Shown: positions 1 to 11,448 of the stretch, piece after piece
Position numbering within the stretch: position 1 is the stretch's first letter
Layout: each line of letters begins with the position of its first letter
Assembly: GCF_033026475.1 (NCBI RefSeq)
Contig: NC_090210.1
Span: 20,255,376 to 20,319,375 of the forward strand
Direction: 5' to 3'
DNA: 64,000 bases
From: Channa argus
Lineage: Eukaryota
Notes under the pieces: model-generated
Told to the model about the DNA's origin: nothing
What the model saw: only the letters and a program-made list of their open reading frames with translations
Database searches by the model: none
Program-made: the position numbers and the translations under genes

Positions 1-1739
1 CTCCTCTGTCTCCTTATCTCCTTTTTTAAAACTGACACTCATCAATTCTTCCTACGTGCTGCACTCATCCATGACATTCTGGCAATCCTTTGAAGAATTT
101 GCTATCCATTCGACTTCACAGTTTCACAGTCCAGAGTTTCCCTCTTAGCATTTCTTACCCAGAGATGCACTGAAATGTACTTTTTCAAAATGCAGGTTAA
201 ACAAGTTACAACACGACTCACTGAAATTCTCTGTGCTCAGCTATATAAACATTCTTGTAAAAATTACAGTAATGTGAATATGGTTTATTTAAATGACACT
301 GAGACTAAGTCAAAGACAATGACTTCTATTTCCATGTAATGGAGCTTTCGTTCCACATTAAGCCGTTGCTATTCACACTCAAAGATGTTTTAAACACACA
401 ATGAATCTGAAAAAAAGCCCTTTGTTTTAGTGTGTAAAGGAAAACTTGAGTTTTCCAAACCATGACATGACTGCTGCTCCTACTCACATTCACCAACTTC
501 CTGTTGCCGCTACCTTTCTTTGATGCTACTTATTTCTATCTGTGCAGCCAATCACATAATGCAGAAGTTGCAATTGATTTATCAGTTAATAAAACTACAA
601 TCAAAGAAAGAAGGACTCATTCAACAAATAATGAGCTACATACAAGTCACAATTCTACTTTTCTGTTTATCAGTTTGATAATATAAGATGAGTTTCCTTT
701 TTAATATTCTATGTAAAAGAAGGTCTGTATGAAAAAAACTTGAAAACATTAAGTGGACAAACCTAAATTAAGACTGTCCTTCCTTTTACCTGTACTGGTG
801 ATCCTCCAAAACCTCAGTGCTTTTTAAATAGGCTCAGGTTTAGAGAAGGATCTTGTTTATATATTGTTTCTTTGCAGGGCAGAGTTTTATTGACAACATT
901 AAGTAAAACTATGCAGGGCAAACTGTGTTCACTGACTGTGGTTTTCAGAGGTGTTCCCAAGCCCACACAGTGATTTAATCATCTTTGTTTTTAATGCAGT
1001 GCCAGAAAATCATGACCATTCAATATTTGTTTTTGGCCTTGTCACTTGGGAACATAGATTCTCTGAAGGTTTTAATGATATCGTAAACTGTAGATGATGA
1101 AATTCTCAAAATCTTTTCAAGCCTTCTGACACTGAAAAACATTGTTATTAAGTAGTTGAGTAGTTTTTGCCCACACACAGAATGATGATTTTATAATAGC
1201 CAATCATGATACTGTGCAGCTGCCAATTAATCTCATTGGCTGTGAGATGTTCCACCAGATGTTTTGATTTCCTAACTTTTTTGAGATGTGTTGCTCGCAT
1301 GAGATTTAAAGCAAATATAAAATAAAAAAAAAAAAAATCAAATTTTTCGGTTTCAATAAGTGATTGTTAGTCTTTGTAAAGTTTACAATCGCGAATAGGT
1401 TTTAAATGATATGCAAATCATTTGGTTTTGATTGACATTTTACACAGTGTCCTGACCTTTTTGGAGAGAGACCTCTATGTTATTGTCCAGTATTACAGTT
1501 TGGATGTGGTTTTTGCGATGGTTGTGGTAAGGGGTTCATCGGGCCTGGCATCAGGCCTCAGAAAGGCTTGCGATGGCCCTGCTGGTAGCATTTTTTCCCT
1601 TTTCCCCGACCAGACTGAAACATGTTGAAATCAGTCCAGGATCCAAGGTCTGCCCACACAACCCCAAGAGGATGACAGAGAGAGTGAAACAAGCCTCCAG
1701 TTACATGACAGTATAACATACACCGTAATGATTGTGAGA

Positions 1740-2100
1740 ACCGGAGGAGGGCGAGGAAGGAGGACAGAGGGGAGTGACAGTGAGTAGAGAAGGGGGGGGA
1801 TAAGGAGCAGGACTGGAGCAGAGAAAGCCAGAGAGAGAGTGTTTATTTAAGTTTTTTGTCTCCTGACTCGGACAGAGAGCAGACTACAGTGGGTAATGAG
1901 AAACAGATCTTTGGTGAAGAAGAAAGGAGGGAGGGACGGGAGACTCGGGGAACGGAGGAATGAGGAGGAGTTGGCGGGGACAAAAGAGGAAAGAGGAGTA
2001 GGGTAAAGAAGAAGAAGAAGAAAGGGGGAGGAGAGGGAAAAGTGACAGCCAGAAAAAATGAGCGGTGGGAGGGGGGGGGGATTGGGGGCTGTCATGTTCA
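1740..2100. promoter_or_regulatory. About 360 bp polypurine/polypyrimidine (GA-rich) tract about 0.9 kb upstream of nfatc4 exon 1; potential H-DNA/triplex-forming promoter-proximal element
   Basis: Run of gaggaggg / gaagaagaag / gggggggg with almost no pyrimidines on the + strand. ORFs 1847..2171 on the - strand are low-complexity artefacts of this tract. Confidence 0.5.
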
Positions 2101-2599
2101 TCGCCACAGGAAATCAGCCCTCTTATGTTCACTAGCTGACAGTTAACATCACAGTCCTGGTGGCTCTGCACACCACCTACAATGGCTGGTTTTGGAGACT
2201 GCCGGTGGTTTGCAATAAGTTTTGCTCATGATTGGAATATTAATCATTGTTTTGGGCTTACATTTGAGAGATAGCTATGGATGAGGATAATATGCATTTT
2301 ATCGGGGGAAACATTTTCTGACATTGCGTAAGTGGTTAAGGAAACACAAGTTTCAAGGGGCTGGGGTTTTAAGTAAATGTAACTAAAAGATAAACCTCTA
2401 GAGTGAATGAGGAGGGAGGAGAGGAGGGAGGCTGGAGGTTGGGGGGAGCCGTGACTGACAGGCATAAGGTCCTATGGGGAATGAGTAACGGACCAACTGG
2501 AGCTAGGAATCCCACCCAAAGTCAATTAAGGGTAAACGACGACAAAAATATTTGATAAACTTTTTTTTTTCTTCTCTCGGTCTTGGACGGCGAAGAAGG

Positions 2600-2936
2600 A
2601 GGCTACAGGGATGGCGGTGGAGGCTAGAATGAAAGACCCGAGTGTGTCTGGTAAATATGTGAGATGAAGATTTGATCTAACGCAAGGCATCAAGTCTGGA
2701 AAAACGAAGCAGTCATCTTCGTGTGAAGACAGCGTGAAAAGTTAGTGAAGTTAAATTACAGAAACTTTCCAAGAGGAGGAACATTTGCGCAATGACGCGC
2801 ACGTAGGAGAATCCCTCAAAGTTTGGGGGTCATCTGCGGAAAACTTTCGAGGCGCACCGAGGACGTTAAAGCCGCCTTTATCCGACGTGGGAGATAGGAT
2901 TGTATCCCTTTATCCTGTTCTTGTTGCCGGAGGGCG
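2600..2936 (+). promoter_or_regulatory. nfatc4: Putative nfatc4 core promoter / 5'UTR, CpG-rich, running into exon 1
   Basis: CpG density rises sharply at 2780-3140 (gcgcaatgacgcgcacg, gccgcgccgggctcgggc) immediately upstream of the ATG at 2937. The TSS was not determined. Confidence 0.3.
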
Positions 2937-3132
2937 ATGGGGGCCGCGCCGGGCTCGGGCTGGGAGGAGGGCGAGTTCGAGTTCAAGTTGGTGTTTGAGG
3001 AGGACCCGCCGCAGCGGCAGAGCCAGGGGCCATCGCCGGTGCGCACAGCCGAGCCGGAGAGCTGCGTTCCCGGGGAGGAAAGCGAGGGCGCCCTGCTGCA
3101 CCTGGACTCCCCCAGCAGCAGCAGCAGCCTGG
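2937..3132 (+). CDS. nfatc4: nfatc4 exon 1 (MGAAPGSGWEEGEFEFKLVFEED...SSSSSLG); N-terminal transactivation region
   Basis: ATG at 2937. EFEFKLVFEE matches human NFATC4 ELEFKLVFGEE. The end was chosen at CTG G|gtcaga (phase 1) to fit the phase of exon 2; the donor is weak, so the 3' end is uncertain. Confidence 0.5.
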
Positions 3133-6019
3133 GTCAGAGTCACTTTATTGATGACTGTGTTAAAGTTAAGAGACACAGTATAGAGGAGTTTCGAGTGGCC
3201 TGACACTGTGGTTTCTAACGCATGGGAACTGTATGTGTTTGCGTGCGTGTATTTGTGTGATGCATGCACTGTAATGAGGGCTCTCTTCTCCATGCCTGCG
3301 CTCATGCGATAAGTGTGCGTGCCTCTTTCTGTAAGCATGTGAGCAGGAGTATATTTTCATAGTGTTTGTTTTGCGTGTGGTAAGCATCTGAGTGTGTGCA
3401 CAGTCTGTATCACAGTTTGGTGCATTTGTATGTTTGTTCGCGTGTGCGTGCAGCCCCAGACTCAATGTGTTTCTAATCAGCTGTGCGTGTGAGTAGAGTT
3501 AACAGCTGCCATCTGGGAAGGAACCTCAGCCTCTGTGTACTGAACACGCATGCCTCCCTCTTTCACTCAATCTCCATCTCCCCCATTTTTCACCCCGCAC
3601 AAACACACACACCTCACATCCTCGCATCCACGCTCCCCTTTGTTTCCCGCCCACACTGGCGTCCAGTTGTACTACCACACCCAAGGCAAGAAAGTAAACT
3701 GCAGGAGAAACAGGAGTGCAAGTTTTCATCTTGTTAGAGTCATGTTTTAGCTTTTGGACTTTCAGATTTATGCCCCTCTAGATTTATGTTTTTCTGGCAT
3801 GCGACTATTTAAAACAAACTAATATCAGCTTGTTATCTTTTAGCTGTGACCAGCTCAACCAAATAGTGATTTAATTTTATTTATTTAACACATCAAGGGA
3901 TCCTACTTCCTTTTACTTCTGAGATCTGATCTTATGTGGGTACAGATTCCACACCAAATCTGCATATTTCCCTTCGTGGATCTTATTGTTTTTATTTATT
4001 ATTTATCATACTATGAGACCAAAGATTCTTGTGGCTCTAAAAGCAAAACTGGCAGAACGCCGTGATTTCATGAATGGGATTTATAGTGGAAACAGAATTT
4101 TCCAATGATACAGACTACAAAACTACTTTATGTGGGTTGGTTATGTCCAACAGTCTTTCTGAGGGTTTGGTGTTGGCCCAACAGAAATTATATGGTAAAT
4201 CATAAGAAAGCAGGGCGAATATTACACGAGTATCTGAGCAAGTAAACACAATTTGTTTGTAGCAGAAATACTTTCACGTCCCTTTAATCCCTCGGATTTA
4301 TCTTGATTTACCATAGTGTAACGAATTTAACCAGTTGTGAGACGATGATTTTGCAAACCCTGCAGCAGGGATCTGAACTTTTTTGTCTTTAAACCACATA
4401 CGTCACACAGTGGAGTAGAATTTTCTTTTAAATGAATGCGGCTACCTCAATTACAGTGACTGTACATGTTCAAAAGCTGTAAAATCCAATGCTGGTCTTT
4501 ACAAATGAACCACTCAGAAAATGTTATAAATTGTCCAATTAAGAATAAGATTACGAGGATTATAGGAATGTCTGAAAAAACAAACAAACCATAAAAAATA
4601 ATCATCTTACAACTGCTCAAATTTCTTGTTTGATCCCTTGTGTGGGTCTTCGCCTCCAAGTTAGGAAGATCTAATTATTGCACAGATGAAGTATTGCAGC
4701 GTATTAAACATGTTAGAATTTAATGAGGCCTCCCACAAGAACATTATAACCAAACTGTATGTTTAATAACTGTCAGGAATTTGTTTTAAAGTGATAAACG
4801 TCTCTGCTTCTCTGTACACAAATTTATAAAAGATTATTTCACAATCGAGTGGGAAAATTAACCCATCTAAATTTTTTTGCTGTTTCATATCTGAATATCA
4901 GCTCAGTGTGGCCATGAGACAGCAGCTATTTAACACTTATCAGCAAAAAAAAACAACAACCCTGAATTCACATGAAATGTTTTACCTCCAGTGTTGAGCA
5001 AATGTATGTGCGTGTCATAATTCATTTATAATACCATATGTGGATTTGTAATCAGTGTGAATAATCAGATTCTGAGCATGATCCGTCTTTTAAAGCTTAG
5101 TAGAGGTTAGGAACCACTAAATCTCAGCTTTTTTTTGCAAAGGTTCATTTCAGGACACATAATAAAATATTATATATAGTCTCTTCAATCTGTTAGATTA
5201 ACTTTATTGTGTTAGGAAGGTTTTTGTGGATCATAAACTGCTCTGCTGGTCCCGTATGAAAACCTTTAAATCACTGTTTAATGTGAAAAATACACCAGCA
5301 CAAAAGTTGCCTCAGTGCTGCGGCTTTAATCACTTGGAAATATTTTTGTTGCCAGGAAACATTTGAAGAGTCTTAATTCGTTGGCCGTTGCTGTCGTGTA
5401 TCTGCGTTACCTGAAAATTGAATACTCAATACAAAGTAGCTTCTGTTTGGCTCCGGGTGAATGCCGGTCGTACAACATTCTGGAAATATTGTTGCCTTCA
5501 TGGTCCTGTTCTCATGTGGACAACACGAGAGGTCGTTGAGAGTGTTTGCTAAAAAAAAAAAAAAAACGTACAAATAAAATGTAAAAAAGCTGTTCAGAGC
5601 AGCTGCAGAGTTGGGCATGTGATTGTTAGTGAAGTAAAATATGGATCAGTAATGAATTGGTTCGAAATCCCACTCTGCTCTGTCTGGTTTGTACATAGTA
5701 ATGAAAATAGTTCTTCACCCTCAAATTACAGAAAAGATTAGTAAGTACGAAAAAAATGTCACCATATGATTGGAAGATATTTGTTTTATTATGACTTAGA
5801 AGCATTACATCCGGATAAAGTCACTGACTTGTGTAATGTAAAGATATTTTTGATGGTTTTAATTGTATTTCTCCTTTTTGTTAAATTTGTGAACGTTATT
5901 ACTGTATAAAACGTTCTGTCTGGTTAGACCCAAGTTTGTGCACAGTTTGATACGCTAACATTCACTTTGATGACTATTTCCATCAGTTAGAGACAACCAC
6001 CTGGCTGCCACTCACGCAG

Positions 6020-6153
6020 GGCACACGATCAGCATCCCCAGTCCGCCGCCCTCAGCCAGTCAGCGGGCTGGGATGCATTCACCGCCTCCCCGAAGGGCCC
6101 CCGTCAGGGAGTTGAGCGGGACCTACGAGAGCCTACCAGCACGCTCTGTACAG
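6020..6153 (+). CDS. nfatc4: nfatc4 exon 2 (..ISIPSPPPSASQRAGMHSPPPRRAPVRELSGTYESLPARSVQ)
   Basis: Homologous to human NFATC4 IGIPRPPPPRPGMHSPPPRPAPSPGTWESQPARSV. Acceptor ctcacgcag|GG; an alternative in-phase acceptor at 5987 is bounded upstream by an in-frame TGA. Strong donor ACAG|gtaaga at 6154. Confidence 0.55.
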
Positions 6154-7159
6154 GTAAGACTACTAAAGTTACATGTTGTCTTTTTTCATACAACCCCATT
6201 TTCTCTCTTTCATCACGGCATGGATGTAGTGGCCCTTACACAAAATTGGAAACAGAGAAAGAAGATAAATCTCCCTAGATGCACATTTCTCTCAAGGTCA
6301 AAGAAACTATTCAAAGAATGTTTCAAAGAAAGTATGACTCTAAGATGATATGCATCCACTGACAGTAACATCTGTGAAGTTTCCTTCAGAGGAAATCTGT
6401 GTCCTCTGTGGGTGACTGCAACAGTAAATGGCTTATAATGGCAAATGCCCCACTCTCATCTCTGTTGTTGCTCTCTGCACACTGTAGTTGGAGCAGTGGA
6501 CCAGTCAACAGCGGCACAAGGGAGGCTGTTAAAAAAAGAAAAATTAAAGGCAAAGCTGCACATAATGTTTCTTGTACAGCACGTGTGCTGGCTTTTGCTT
6601 GCTTGTATGTTGTTTTCATCTTTTTAAATGTGTTTGTTATCTTAATATGAGGGCATTTTTAAAGGCGGTGGGAAAAGAAGTGGTTTGGCCATGGCTCCCT
6701 TTAACTAGTCAAACAATCACCAGCTAAGAGCTTTGTGCTTGTATGAGGCAGGATTTACTAAAATCGAGAAGCCCGCACCACCGCCGTGTGGGGTTTTGCA
6801 CCACTTTTGGCAAGAAACAGGAAGTGAGCCTCATTTTGTGTGTTTATCTGTGCCATAGACCTCTGTTGATGGTATTATTAGAGCTTTTATTTTTCATTAG
6901 GGAGAAGGGGGGATGGCCGTAGCTAAGTTGGTAAGTCAGTCTTCCACGGACCACAGGGTCTCTGGGCAAAACACTGAACCCCAACAGCCTTTTCCACATC
7001 CCGAGCTGTGCAGTGCCCGTCCAAGCCCAGATTTTTCATGGGGGAGAAATTAATTATTTGCATTAAAGCTCAGTGAGGCCACCATGTTATTACTCTGTAA
7101 TTTTTATTCTTATTTAATATTTTATAGCGTCCCTACGTTTTCTCTCCTTTGCTTTACAG

Positions 7160-7675
7160 GTATCAGAGTCTCGGGTGGTCGAGTGTCCTAGCATCCAGAT
7201 AACCACCATCTCACCTGAAGATGACCCAGCACCCACCATTTCCAGCTACTGGGATATGGGTGGGGGTGGAGGTGGGTGGGATCGAGAGCGCCTCTACCTT
7301 CCCCTGCTGGACCCCTTTACGTACCGCGATAGATGCCCCGGGTCCGTCAGCCCCAGCCCTGCCTCCAGCCCCTCCTCTCGTGGCTGGCTCAGCCCTGCCT
7401 CCAGCTGCGACTCCCTTTTGGTGGAAGAGGAGGAGCTCAGTGAGGCCACCATTAATTTTGGGCTCTCACCTTCATCAAGGCCCACTTCCCCTGGGGGGAA
7501 AAAGCGCAGAAACTCCCCCCTGGCCTCTCCCTGTACCTCACGGAGGGGGAGTTACACAGAGGAACTGCAAGGATGCAACCTGGAGAGTGGAGAACCCACC
7601 CCTCAATCAGAAGCTCCGGCCAGCATCTGTGAGCTCAGCATCCCTCAAAAAACCAGGAAGACGTCGTTGGAACAG
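7160..7675 (+). CDS. nfatc4: nfatc4 exon 3: calcineurin-docking PSIQIT motif, serine-rich region SRR-1 (SPSPASSPSSRGWLSPASSCDSL), NLS (KKRRNSP)
   Basis: Acceptor ctttacag|GTA, donor CAG|gtaacg, phase 0 to 0. ECPSIQITTISP matches the PxIxIT site. IPQKTRKTSLEQ matches human IPQKTRRTSSEQ. Confidence 0.8.
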
Positions 7676-7771
7676 GTAACGGTGCTGGTTTGGTTTCTTG
7701 GAAATGTTTTACATTTTATAAAATTGTTATGAAGTCTTTCTTTTATGAAATTCTCACTTTTTGTTTTGCAG

Positions 7772-7947
7772 TTGTCCCCCAGGGAGGTGGATCAGGAGCA
7801 GGCTCCAGGCCACAGCTCCCCCTGCCCACTGTCAGAGACCCAGCAATGCAGGAGGGAGCTCCCCTCACTGGGAATGGACTACCTCTCTGTGCCCCCGGCT
7901 CTGGCCTGGGGCAGGACCCGAGCCAGCGCCCACAGCCCTCTGTTTAG
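7772..7947 (+). CDS. nfatc4: nfatc4 exon 4 (MDYLSVPPALAWGRTRASAHSPLFR); ends at a GC-AG donor
   Basis: Acceptor ttgttttgcag|TTG. The only in-phase junction that keeps the conserved ...SPLFR|[12 protein letters not shown] uses donor AG|gcaagg at 7948-7949. Confidence 0.7.
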
Positions 7948-7954
7948 GCAAGGA

Positions 7955-7955
7955 T

Positions 7956-8030
<75 letters not shown>
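7955..8030. repeat. (CA)n microsatellite, about 38 units, starting 7 bp after the GC donor of nfatc4 intron 4
   Basis: Direct reading. ORFs 7745..8134 (THTHTH / CVCVCV) are artefacts of this tract. Confidence 0.95.
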
Positions 8031-8033
<3 letters not shown>

Positions 8034-8426
8034 TTGAGGAATCTCCTCCTCATCAACCTGCTCGTCTGAGAAATTGCAATAAATAAAGTTAGATGCATCA
8101 AATCTGCACAGGTGATTTTAGCTTCCAACACCAACCATTTGTGACGTCTTTATGTCTCTTATGGTGTTTCAAGACACCAACTTATATCAAACAGTTGTTG
8201 GTTCATTATTTTCATTGCTTTCAAAGCTTCCTGCTCTTTCATGTTCTTCAGTTGTTGCATCACAAACATTTGATTTTTACAGTTTGTCATTGTGGTGAGT
8301 CGTAGATTCACCACAATGTAGAGAAAGATTGAAATTTCATTACTTGTCCTGCAGAACAGTTATTCATTGGCCTCTGTCGTGACCTCTCTTGAATTAAAAT
8401 CAACGATTTTCTGATCCATTGCAAAG

Positions 8427-8589
8427 GCCGAACGCCCTGCCGCCGCTCGACTGGCCGCTGCCATCCCAGTTTGACCAGTATGAGCTGCGTATTGAAGTGC
8501 AGCCCCGTCCACACCACAGAGCCCACTATGAGACCGAAGGGAGCAGAGGAGCTGTCAAGGCGGCACCGACAGGACACCCTGTTGTTAAG
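8427..8589 (+). CDS. nfatc4: nfatc4 exon 5, start of Rel-homology domain ([54 protein letters not shown])
   Basis: Near-identical to human NFATC4 [42 protein letters not shown]. Acceptor caaag|G, donor AAG|gtgaaa. Confidence 0.85.
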
Positions 8590-8726
8590 GTGAAAAACAA
8601 ACTAGCAGATTGACACAGCTCCTGCCAGACACATGCTTAGTAATGATACAGATTAGTAACCTCTACTGAGAAATGCTGCACGAAGGTACAACCCCAATTC
8701 CAACATGTTGGGAAGATGTGTAAAAC

Positions 8727-9050
8727 ATAAATAAAAACAAAATGCAATGTTTTGCAAATCTCCTTAAGCCATAATTTATTCATAATAGAACATAAACAAC
8801 CTGTCAGATGTTGAAACTGAACATTTTTAACATTTCATGGAAAGTATTAGCTCATTTTAAATTTGATGGCAGCAACACATCTAAAAACTTTTTTGAGATG
8901 TGTTGCTGCCATCAAATTCAAAATGAGTTCATATTTTACATGAAATGCTAAAATGTCGCAGTTTCAACATCTGATATGTTGTTTATGTTCTATTGTGAAT
9001 AAAATATGGGTTGATGAGATGTGCAAATCATTGCATTCTGTTTTTATGTT
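8727..9050. mobile_element. About 320 bp palindromic MITE-like element inside nfatc4 intron 5, with a perfect central hairpin
   Basis: The left arm 8727-8888 is the reverse complement of the right arm 8889-9050 (e.g. gatggcagcaacacatctaaaaac | ttttttgagatgtgttgctgccatc). Related arms lie at 1245-1300 and 23440-23575. Confidence 0.7.
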
Positions 9051-9203
9051 TTATGTGTTCCGTGGATTTTCACATATTATTTCTAGCCAATATTAGGTAG
9101 AAGTTTAGTTTCGGAGTTTTGTGTTTATAATACTGGAATGAAGTTTCAGGACACATGTGCTCACAGTTTGATTTCATCACTCACATTGTGTCTCTGCTTA
9201 CAG

Positions 9204-9304
9204 CTGTGTGGATACACAGAGAGGAAGCCGCTCTCGCTTCAGGTTTTTGTTGGAACAGCTGACGACAGATCGATCAGGCCGCATCCTTTCTATCAGATAC
9301 ACAG
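9204..9304 (+). CDS. nfatc4: nfatc4 exon 6 ([33 protein letters not shown])
   Basis: Acceptor gcttacag|CTG, donor CAC AG|gtgctg. Matches human [33 protein letters not shown]. Confidence 0.85.
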
Positions 9305-9932
9305 GTGCTGAGCGGTATTTCTATTCAAAATCTCATACATTAACATTAAAAGGGCACAGCACATGTAAAATATTGATGGGAAACATCATGTAATTGCTGC
9401 GGCTTTTATCGTTGCATGATCTTCCACCGGCTGCTCGCTGCGTTGGTCGTTACACTCACAGTGAGGGAATTCACCTAATATTTAAAATGCAAAATCTTTT
9501 AATATAATTCCGAGACAAAAGACGACTCGAGGGAAGAATTATTATTTTATTATTAAACTCAAATGAGTCATCATCAGCATATGATTATTCTTATTTATTG
9601 CTTGTGTTTAGTTCATGGATTAATAAACGGATTGAACAAATTCTAATATGATATGATTAAATATAGCACTTTTGGCTTTCAACTATTAAATGGTTTCATT
9701 AGCAATAGCAATTATTTTTCAGGTGAAAAAATTACAAAATTTGTAATTTATTAAGTTCTGATAAATGACTTAAATGATGACTTGATGATCAGAGTAGTTT
9801 ATCATCAAAACTGTGCTGAGGGGATGGAGTGTGTACTTTGTCAAAGACAGGCTACACCTTGGACATATATCAGTCTATCGCAGTGCTGAAATTCTGCACT
9901 GCTCTTAAATGCAGATGTGTTTTCATTCTCAG

Positions 9933-10034
9933 GGTGACAGGGAAGATGGTGGGTACTGCCAGTCATGAGAGCGTTCAGGTGGGGACTAAATTGCTGGACA
10001 TCCCCCTCAACCCTGAGAATAATATGACTGCTCT
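9933..10034 (+). CDS. nfatc4: nfatc4 exon 7 (R)VTGKMVGTASHESVQVGTKLLDIPLNPENNMTA(L)
   Basis: Acceptor cattctcag|GG, donor CT|gtaagt. Matches human [31 protein letters not shown]. Confidence 0.85.
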
Positions 10035-10733
10035 GTAAGTACATATTTCCTGTAAAGATGTTTTTACATGTTATCACATCTCATATTGTAGTTCGAAGGC
10101 TTTTTTTTTTTTTTTTTGGTGTACTTGAATGTACGGCTGAGGTAAAAATGTCAGTGTAATAAATGGTCTGCGTTTATTTAAGACTTTTCTACTTTATCGG
10201 TAGCCAAAGCCCCGTTAAACCTTGTTAGACGTGTCCTCGAACAAAACACTAAACCCCAATTTGTTTGTGTCCTTCGATTGTAAGTCAGTTCGGATAAAAA
10301 CTTCTGCCAAATGACTGAAAGCAGATGTAAATGAGCAGTGGGTGGATGATGTGAATAATGTTACAGGACAAGTGAGAAGCAGAATGACCGAAGATGTTCC
10401 TAACGCTGAATCATTAAGTATTTTATAATTGTTTTATTACATTTGAGAGACATTTATTTTAATCACAGTTTTAAGCAACTTTTGAAATATTTTGTTAGAT
10501 TTTACATAAAAGCATATAAAGAGCTCCTAAAATACAATACAGCGTTAAATATTATCAAAGGTTGTTAAAAACACAGTCATAATTTTTGTAAGTGTCCGTT
10601 GCCTCAGATGTCTTGTTGATGTCTTTCACCTGCCGACATTAGTTGTGTTTACTATGCAGATGCTGCAGAATCCTGTTGACAAAAACCTTTCCTGGATACA
10701 TGTACAGTTTGAAAAAAATCCTCTGCTTTGCAG

Positions 10734-10921
10734 CATCGACTGTGCAGGGATTCTGAAGCTGAGGAACTCGGACATTGAGCTGAGGAAAGGAGAAACAGAT
10801 GTTGGAAGGAAGAACACACGTGTTCGTTTGGTGTTTCGTACCCACCTTCCTCTAGCGCCCCCCACCGCCCCATCAGGCCGGGTCCTGGCTCTGCAGGTCG
10901 CCTCACTGCCCATCGAATGCT
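10734..10921 (+). CDS. nfatc4: nfatc4 exon 8 ([35 protein letters not shown]...[10 protein letters not shown])
   Basis: Acceptor ctttgcag|C, donor T|gtgagt. Identical core to human [35 protein letters not shown]. Confidence 0.9.
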
Positions 10922-11307
10922 GTGAGTTGCTGTTTAGATTTAGATTGCCATGGGAGGGCACATTCACATACACACTGTGAGCAGACGATGTTACTGTAAA
11001 TATGCATTGCACTGGGATGCTGAAGGTGGACATGTCCAAATTTTACACAACTGCGGCTAAAAGTTGTTTTTATAATCTGCCAGTTGATTCGTCCTTTGGC
11101 CTTCAAAAGGTTAGTAAACATCGATGAAAAGCTCTAAGACAAATCATACATTCAAAGGAAATACAGAATTTCTGAAATAAAAAGTTACAGCAATTCTTAA
11201 ACCTTCAAACTCAAATTTTTTTTTCTAAAACTACAAACCTATTATTGAACTAATTGTTTCAGCCCCGGCTGTAAATTAGGTGTCTGACTCTTTTCACGTT
11301 GCCTCAG

Positions 11308-11448
11308 CCCAACGTTCGGCCCAGGAGCTGCCCGTCATCGAGTCCGTAAGCCTAACCTCGTGCTCCGTGGAGGGTGGAGAGGAGCTTCTGCTGGGTGGCA
11401 CCAACTTCCTGCCCATCTCCAGAGTCCTTTTCATGGAGCGAGGAACAG
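11308..11448 (+). CDS. nfatc4: nfatc4 exon 9 ([47 protein letters not shown])
   Basis: Acceptor gcctcag|CC, donor ACA G|gtgagt. Matches human [36 protein letters not shown]. Confidence 0.85.

Noticed and set aside
1847-3465. Multiple overlapping ORFs on both strands (e.g. 1884..2171 -, 2785..3183 +, 2910..3338 -)
   Set aside because: Low-complexity GA-rich and GC-rich sequence. Only the frame starting at 2937 has homology (NFATC4 N-terminus).
7745-8134. ORFs containing THTHTH.. / CVCVCV.. runs
   Set aside because: Translation artefacts of the (CA)n microsatellite in nfatc4 intron 4.
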